A DNA stretch of 64,000 nt from Macrostomum lignano. Lineage: Eukaryota. The position numbers and the translations under genes were made by a program. Of this stretch, positions 56,843 through 64,000 are shown piece by piece (the stretch's first letter is position 1; every line of letters starts with the position of its first letter). The stretch spans positions 522,056 through 586,055 of the forward strand of contig NIVC01000104.1 of assembly GCA_002269645.1 (NCBI GenBank), given 5' to 3'. The notes beneath the pieces are model-generated. The model was not told where the DNA came from, did no database searches, and saw only the letters and a list, made by a program, of their open reading frames with translations.

Positions 56843-59800
56843 ATGACTGAAGGAGGCGGAACTGGAAGAATGAGTGACTCGTTGGTGATCAACTTTCTGC
56901 GCATTCGAAATCTGGTAAGAGTTTTTAATTAACAATCAGGATTCTACCAGAAAAAAAACTGTTTTAATCCATAAATTTTCAGTTTATTTTTGAAAATGGA
57001 GGAAACATAAAAAATACTCAATACCCAATGGAAATCCCAACCGAAATCCCAACCGAAATCCAACCGAAATCCCAACTAAAATCCCAACACAACAGCGCGG
57101 CACCAAAGGCGACCTTGTGAGCTCAACCCTGAAGGTGGAATTCGCCGAGAAGGTGCTGGGCGAGTCGCCCAAGATGGAGTGCAGCCCGGACGCCGAGGCT
57201 GAGTACAATTTCCAGGTGAAACTGCCCTGTTCTGTTGACGACGTCCAATTTCTTGACGAGATTTGCTACAAGCCGGTGCTTTGCACCGTCACCGAGGTTC
57301 TGCCAAAGGAGAAAAAGCAGAAGGACGAGAAGACTGTACCGCTCGGACAGGTTTCCTTCGATCTGCTGCCCATGGTGCGGGGTGCGACCAGACACAGCTG
57401 CACACTGCAGGTAAAATATTTTACATTCAATTTGGCTTACAATACATGTCCTTATCACTTTACTAAGAGTTGGACGGTTGCCATTTAGCTTATCTACAGT
57501 TGGAATTATTCATTCTGTAATCTTTTTGGGGTCGCACCCCTCAACCACGTTCATGGGGCCGCAACCACTTTCTCCAGTTTATGAGGCCGCTACCCCCTCC
57601 TCCAGTTTATGAGGCCGCAACCCCCTCCTCCAGTTTATGGGGACGCAACCCCCTCCTCCAGTTTATGAAGCCACAACCTTCTCCTCCAGTTTATGAAGCC
57701 ACAACCCCCTCCTCCAGTTTATGGGGACGCAACCCCTCCTCCAGTTTATGAGGCCGCAACCCCCTCCTCCAGTTTATGGGGACGCAACCCCCCTCCTCCA
57801 GTTTATGAAGCCACAACCTTCTCCTCCAGTTTATGAAGCCACAACCCCCTCCTCCAGTTTATGGGGACGCAACCCCTCCTCCAGTTTATGGGGCCGCAAC
57901 CCCCTTCTCCAGTTTATGAAGTTTATGCGGCCGCCAACTCAACTTCTATCCTTTGAGGCCCAAGAAGTACGATTGCACAAAGCCGCCAACCAATCTTTTA
58001 TCTCATGCAGATCAACGCCATACCCGGCTCACCGCTCGAGTCGCTGCCAGCTGATTCACCAAAACCTGAGCTGGACGTTCTCCTAACCATCGACCAGCCG
58101 CTCATTGGCGAAGCCCTCCAACAGGAGACCAACTTGGTCGGCGTCACAGTGGAGTCTTTGTACTCGCCGCCGGACTCGTTCAGTCCTAGCGGGCCGCAGG
58201 GCGGCTACGTTGCGGCTACGGCGATGCCATACGCGCCAGATCGGGACCTGCCGCTTGTGTTCATCAACGGCAACGCCAAAGCAACGCCGGATAAGGAGCC
58301 GCCAAGTCGTCGACGTCGCTGGTACTTGCCGGGCTCGGCGCAGGGCCAGGCGGTGTACATGCCCGACCAGGAGATCGGCGCCGATGCCGTCGAAGACGAA
58401 GACGGCGACCTGCGCTCGCCTGAGGAACGCGAATTCCGACACGCAGCTGAGAGCGAGAAACCGAGAGTCACTTGGAATACGACTAAGAACTGTTTCGTTG
58501 GTCAGGATGGTCTTAAAGTGTGAGTAATTTTGCTTTAACGGTTTAGCAACCGTGAGTTTTAATTTTTCTAGAATAATCTACAGGTTATTTGCCCTGGGTC
58601 TTCTGGCTGAGTCACGTGAAGTTTTATTTCCCCGAGGGCTAAAAATTTCTCTGGCTAGCTTAGCGAGTCATTTGGTTTTATTGCCCTTGGGCTGGGCGTT
58701 CTCTGGCTAGCTTAGCGAGTCATGTGGTTTTATTGCCCTTGGGCTGGGCGTTCTCTGGCTAGCTTAGCGAGTCATGTAGTTTTATTGCCCTGGGCTGGGG
58801 GATGCTCTGGCTAGTTTAGCGAGTCATGGAGTTTTATTGCCCTAGGCTGGGCGTTCTCTGGCTAGCTTAGCAAGTCATGTGGTTTTATTGCCCTGGGCTG
58901 GGCGTTCTCTGGCTAGCTTAGCGAGTCTTGTGGTTTTATTGCCCTGGGCTGGGCGTTCTCTGGCTAGCTTAGCGAGTCATGGAGTTTTATTGCTTTTGTG
59001 TTTTAGCTAATTTAATCAAAATCCATGCTTTTTGCTTGAATTGATTCCTCATCAAACCAAATCTCAAACAGAATCCAGGATCGAATTGCGCGCACCAGAG
59101 TTTGGCCCGTTGAGATTTTCCGCTTAAACCAGGGCACCGGTGGGCGCGGAAAGAAGGTAAACCAATAAACAGCTTGTAAAACTGGTTTAGCACTGTTTTT
59201 TAAGCCATCTACTAGGCAGTTTGAATACAGCATACTGTTCACCCGTTCCCTTTGCAGCCCTCTAAGGTAACTAAATTGATGGCGAATGCATAATTAAGTT
59301 CGCCTGTAGTAGTTTAATTGTTTTTGTTTGCAACTGCTCTCTGTTTATACTGCCCTTGGTCGCATTGTTTGTATTTGTCCTACTGTTGAGTAGTATACAG
59401 GAAATGAATTCGACAAGAAATCAGTTTTCCTTCAGCTTTGCTTTTTATGTTTGCTTCATTTATTTCGTCAGGAACTATTTGCGTCTAGGACAAAGTGCAT
59501 TCTCAATTTGTTTCTTTTCATAATCGCTTAATTAAGTTATCAATTCAAAATGTTTAGACCATTTCCTTGAAATGCAAAATGCCCTACTCATAGTAGCACA
59601 GAGTGTCTAGAAAAAGTAATATCATAACTATTTTCGGTACACTAAAAGATGGGAGGAAAACAGCAACTGACGGTGCGAGCTCAATCGAGATTGCTTCACA
59701 GCGCATCTACGGAGAGTCTGGCGGCCCTGTCAGACAAAAGTGTAATCGAGTTTTTTTGCTTATAATCCTTACTTAAGTAGTCCATCATCCACAGGTGCAA

Positions 59801-62800
59801 AAGAGTTCAGCTGCAGCTTTCAAAGCCAATAATTAAGTTTAAAATTCAGCGAAATCGGCGTTCCAATCGCTTAGAAATTTTGACGATTCTTGAACGCGCG
59901 TAATTATTACGGACTCGATTGATGCTACTTTAATCAATGCCAGTAGCAATGTGTGAGTTTTTTGTTATTTTTAAGCTGGCGCAGCCAAAATTGACTATAT
60001 AGTGTTTTTTATAAGATGCGTGATTTTTTGTTTCAAATTAATGATAAATATAGGACGCTCCGGACGAGAAGACTCACCATCACGGCAAGACTGGCGGTGG
60101 CGGACTGGCAAAGCACCGCCAGTCCATGGCGCAAATGGCGCCGCCACCGCCAGTAAACGAGGATGATAATGTATAAACTCTCCGTTGGTTTTTTTCTAAC
60201 TATTTCACGCATACGTCACACGCTACTTGTTATTTTAAATAGTAATTATTGCGTGCAATATTGGTTTGGTGATGCGAGTTTAGGTTTTTCATGGCGAAAA
60301 AGTGTAGTGTGCATACGAGCGTACGTTAGTAAGGCCTTGAGGGCTTTAAGAGTCATGAAAGTAATAATTAATCGATGTTAGGTTATCGAAATGGCAGTGG
60401 ATAGACTTCTGTCTATTCAACCAGTGTACATTATTAGTGTTCAGCAGGGCTTGGATGGTAGGGAGAGTGGTAGTTCAATCAACCAGTGTACGCATAGAAT
60501 CAGTGTACATTGTCTAGCAGGGAGAGTGGTAACTTAGCCAATCAGTGTACATAGAATCAGTGTACATTGTCTAGCAGGGAGAGTGGTAACTTAGCCAATC
60601 AGTGTACATAGAATCAGTCAGTGTACATTGTCTAGCAGGGAGAGTGTTAACTTAGCCAATCAGTGTACATAGAATCAGTGTACATTGTCTAGCAGGGAGA
60701 GTGGTAACTTAGCCAATCAGTGTACATAGAATCAGTGTACATTGTCTAGCAGGGAGAGTGTTAACTTAGCCAATCAGTGTACATAGAATCAGTGTACAGT
60801 GTATAGCAGGGAGAGTGGTAGCTTAACCAATCAGTGTACATAGAATCAGTCAGTGTACATTGTCTAGCAGGGAGAGTGTTAACTTAGCCAATCAGTGTAA
60901 ATAGAATCAGTCAGTGTACGGTGAGTCAGTGAATGGATTTCAGAACAAAAACTGATTCACTAATTAAAGTACAAAGGATTGCTCTTAGTGTCATATAGTT
61001 CAAATAGAATTTACTGATATTTATTTATTATCCATGTTTTTCACAATCGAAAATAACGAAGTCACATCACAACATACGCTCGTAAAAAAGTTTTTTAAAG
61101 GCTGTCGGTTCACCAACATATCTATTGTATTTCCAATGTTTTCACAATTTTTAGTGTTAACTTTCAAAGCTGTTAAACAACTCATACTCACATGTAAAAT
61201 ATAAATATTAGATTACTGTGTATATACGAGTCAGTTAACTGTGAATGCATCTGTTACTACTGTACTTAAAGTAGACACAAAATTCCCGTCTCAATTCATT
61301 CATTATAGTAGGGCGTAAGAAAGCAGTAAATAAGTTTATATAATAAAATTATCGGCATGAATGATTTAAACTTGATTTTTGTTATTGCAAAGCAAATTGT
61401 TCGCGTTTGCTACTACAAGTAGTGTAGTTTGTAGTTTTATATTTATTTTTCATAAAGGCACGCGGATGCTAGTTTAAATTAACATTATTTTTATCTTTTT
61501 ATCCTGAAATGTTGACAGGTGGAGGAAGATGGTTCCATTGGTTTCCATGGCGTTGCCTACGTGAACGCCTCCCCTCTTCTGTATCCTGGAGGTGAGTGAC
61601 CATTCCACTCAGCGATGATGTCATTAACTGTAAAATATTCTTGCTGACTAAAGACTTAAAACTCACTTCAGTGACCCGAATCAGAGGCGCTTACAGAGTC
61701 TATCCCTACATTGAGTCCGAGTACTGCGAAAAGGTGAGTACTGGAAACTGTTCAATCCAATCTGTGGGACTTTTTCATCTCTAAAATATTTGAGTCTTCT
61801 CCCTCAGTCACTCAGGCCTCCGTAGAAAAAATCTCCTCCCTCTATATCATCCCGTCTTCACCCTCTAATCACCCGTCTTCACCCTCTATATCACCCCGTC
61901 TTCACCCTCTATATCACCCGTCTTCACCCTCTATATCACCCGTCTTCACCCTCTATATCACCCCGTCTTCACCCTCTATATCACCCCGTCTTCACCCTCT
62001 AGATAACCGTGTCTTCACCCTCTAGATCACCCCGTCTTCACCCTCTATATCACCCTGTCTTCACCCTCTATATCACCCCGTCTTCACCCTCTAGATCACC
62101 CCGTCTTCACCCTCTATATCACCCGTCTTCACCCTCTATATCACCCCGTCTTCACCCTCTATATCACCCCGTCTTCACCCTCTTTATCACCCCGTCTTCA
62201 CCCTCTATATCACCCGTCTTCACCCTCTATATCACCCTGTCTTCACCCTCTAGATAACCGTGTCTTCACCCTCTAGATCACCCCGTCTTCACCCTCTATA
62301 TCACCCTGTCTTCACCCTCTATATCACCCTGTCTTCACCCTCTATATCACCCTGTCTTCTCTGTCTGGATCCCTCTGTCTTCACCCTCTAGATTACCTTG
62401 TCGTTTCCCTCTAGATAACCCTGTCTTCTCCCTCTAGATAACCGTCTCTTCTCTGTCTGGATCCTCCTGTCTTCTCTTTCCACCCTGTCTTCTGCCTCTA
62501 GATCAACCTTCTTCTCCCTCTCGAACACCTTTTTCCCTCTAGATCATTCTGTCTTCTTCCTACCTACTCTTACCATGTCTTTGCCCTCTAACACTACCCT
62601 CCGCATAATATCGCAGCAATATTTTTTGTATTTAATATCCAATAGTACATTTACCAATCGTTCCCCTTCCAGACCAAGCGCAAAAGCGGCCTGGGCGAGG
62701 AGGCGGGCCGGATCGCGGTGAACTACATGTACCGGGCCAGCGCCACTCCGACTGGCAAGAAGGGCGACAAGGCGGCTGATAAGAAGGCCGCCGGAGCCCC

Positions 62801-62858
62801 GGCTGACAAAGCTGCGACCGGAGCTGCCGCCGCCGCTGCCGCCGATAAGAAGCCGCAG
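56843..62858 (+). CDS. CFAP70: Cilia- and flagella-associated protein 70 (TTC18), 5' part; join(56843..56914,57096..57410,58011..58519,59072..59156,61519..61591,61672..61733,62673..62858...), continues beyond the window
   Basis: Recognisable motifs KPVLCTVTEVLPKEKKQKDEKTVPLGQVSFDLLP, RVWPVEI and [29 protein letters not shown]. All junctions are GT-AG and in phase. Confidence 0.92.
57560..57925. repeat. Minisatellite, ~26-bp unit CCTCCAGTTTATGAGGCCGCAACCCC
   Basis: CFAP70 intron 2. Confidence 0.9.
58590..58990. repeat. Minisatellite, 52-bp unit CTCTGGCTAGCTTAGCGAGTCATGTGGTTTTATTGCCC(T)TGGGCTGGGCGTT
   Basis: CFAP70 intron 3. Confidence 0.92.
60470..60915. repeat. Minisatellite, ~57-bp unit containing AGCCAATCAG
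   Basis: CFAP70 intron 4; about 7 units. Confidence 0.93.
61840..62530. repeat. Minisatellite, 22-23-bp unit CACCCCGTCTTCACCCTCTATAT
   Basis: CFAP70 intron 6. Confidence 0.94.
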
Positions 62859-62864
62859 GTGAGC

Positions 62865-63670
62865 ACATGAGATTTATGAGATTCATCAGATTTCTATCTT
62901 GAGATTCCTATCATGATGTTCATGAGATTCCTATCATGAGATTCATGAGATTTATGAGATTCCTATCATGAGATTCCTATCATCATGATGTTCATGAGAT
63001 TCCTCTCATGAGATTCATGAGATTCCTATCATGAGATTCCTATCATGATGTTCATGAGATTCCTATCATGATGTTCATGAGATTCCTATCATGAGATTCA
63101 TGAGATTCCTATCATGAGATTCCTATCATGATGTTCATGAGATTCCTCTCATGATGTTCATGAGATTCCTCTCATGAGATTCATGAGATTCATATCATGA
63201 GATTCATCAGATTCATATCATGAGATTCATGAGATTCATAGCATGAGATTCATGAGATTCATATCATGAGATTCATGAGATTCATATCATGAGATTCATT
63301 AGATTCATATCATGAGAATCATGAGATTCCTATCATGAGATTCATATCATGAGATTCATGAGATTCATATCATGAGATTCATGAGATTCATATCATGAGA
63401 TTCATCAGATTCATATCATGAGATTCATGAAATTCATAGCATGAGATTCATGAGATTCATATCATGAGATTCATGAGATTCATATCATGAGATTCATTAT
63501 ATTCATATCATGAGATTCATGAGATTCCTATCATGAGATTCATATCATGAGATTCATGAGATTCATATCATGAGATTCATGAGATTCATATCATGAGATT
63601 CATGAGATTCCTACCATGAGATTCATGAGATTCCTATCATGAAGATTCATGAGATTCATATCATGAGATT
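62865..63670. repeat. Composite 9/14-bp minisatellite (CATGAGATT / CATGAGATTCATAT)
   Basis: CFAP70 intron 7, starting right after the donor. Confidence 0.95.
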
Positions 63671-64000
63671 CGTAGATTCACATCCACTCTGCACTTTTGT
63701 GACTTCTTGAATAACAGGAAAAGTTTCAAGCAGATTAGCTGGAGCTTAAAGAAGCCGTGAAATAGATGCACCGCCTGCACAGCATTATTTTTATTTTGGG
63801 AACACTTTAACAAACGGTATATGACGTCATATTCCGAAACGCATATCGAATCTAAGACTTGAATTAACATCGAAACCAACAATTTTCGATGCGTCAGGAG
63901 ATTCGCGCCGCAAGCCGGAGGGGCTCTGTGTTCAGAGTGCCACCCACTATGGTAAAATATTGAATTAGTGTTGCATATGGTAGTGGATCAATTATCTAGG

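Noticed and set aside
61541-61554. X-box-like GTTTCCATGGCGTT
   Set aside because: Lies in CFAP70 coding sequence (GFHGV) and the right half-site is broken.
63890-63955. GC-richer stretch ending in ATG|GTAA near the window end as the next CFAP70 exon
   Set aside because: No convincing acceptor or recognisable CFAP70 motif, and downstream context is missing.

Overview
This is eukaryotic (invertebrate metazoan) genomic DNA. GT-AG introns, Ala-run proteins and extreme minisatellite density suggest a flatworm such as Macrostomum, but the organism is an unverified guess. Six genes were reconstructed by hand, with splice phases checked: (1) an intronless orphan ORF of about 1144 aa built from repeat modules (1905-5339, +); (2) an ELAV/Hu RNA-binding protein gene with RRM1, RRM2 and hinge but no RRM3 (10939-25175, +); (3) a Dpr-like two-Ig, probably GPI-anchored cell-surface protein (28230-47456, +); (4) a lone replication-dependent histone H2B (50439-50804, +); (5) a folate-receptor-family GPI protein (53916-55256, -); (6) the 5' part of CFAP70/TTC18 (56843 to beyond the window, +). 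Four non-autonomous DNA transposons have visible termini: two hAT-type with 8-bp TSDs, one mariner with ~197-bp TIRs, and one PIF/Harbinger with an ATG TSD. Roughly 40% of the window (hand estimate) is about 30 different tandem repeats, which explain nearly all long ORFs in the supplied track. Top leads: the frame-symmetric ELAV exon 5 is bracketed by mutually complementary intronic arrays (circRNA or exon-skipping candidate); ELAV lacks RRM3 and has two possible C-terminal frames; five histone stem-loop motifs surround a single H2B; and a consensus RFX X-box lies upstream of the Dpr-like gene.
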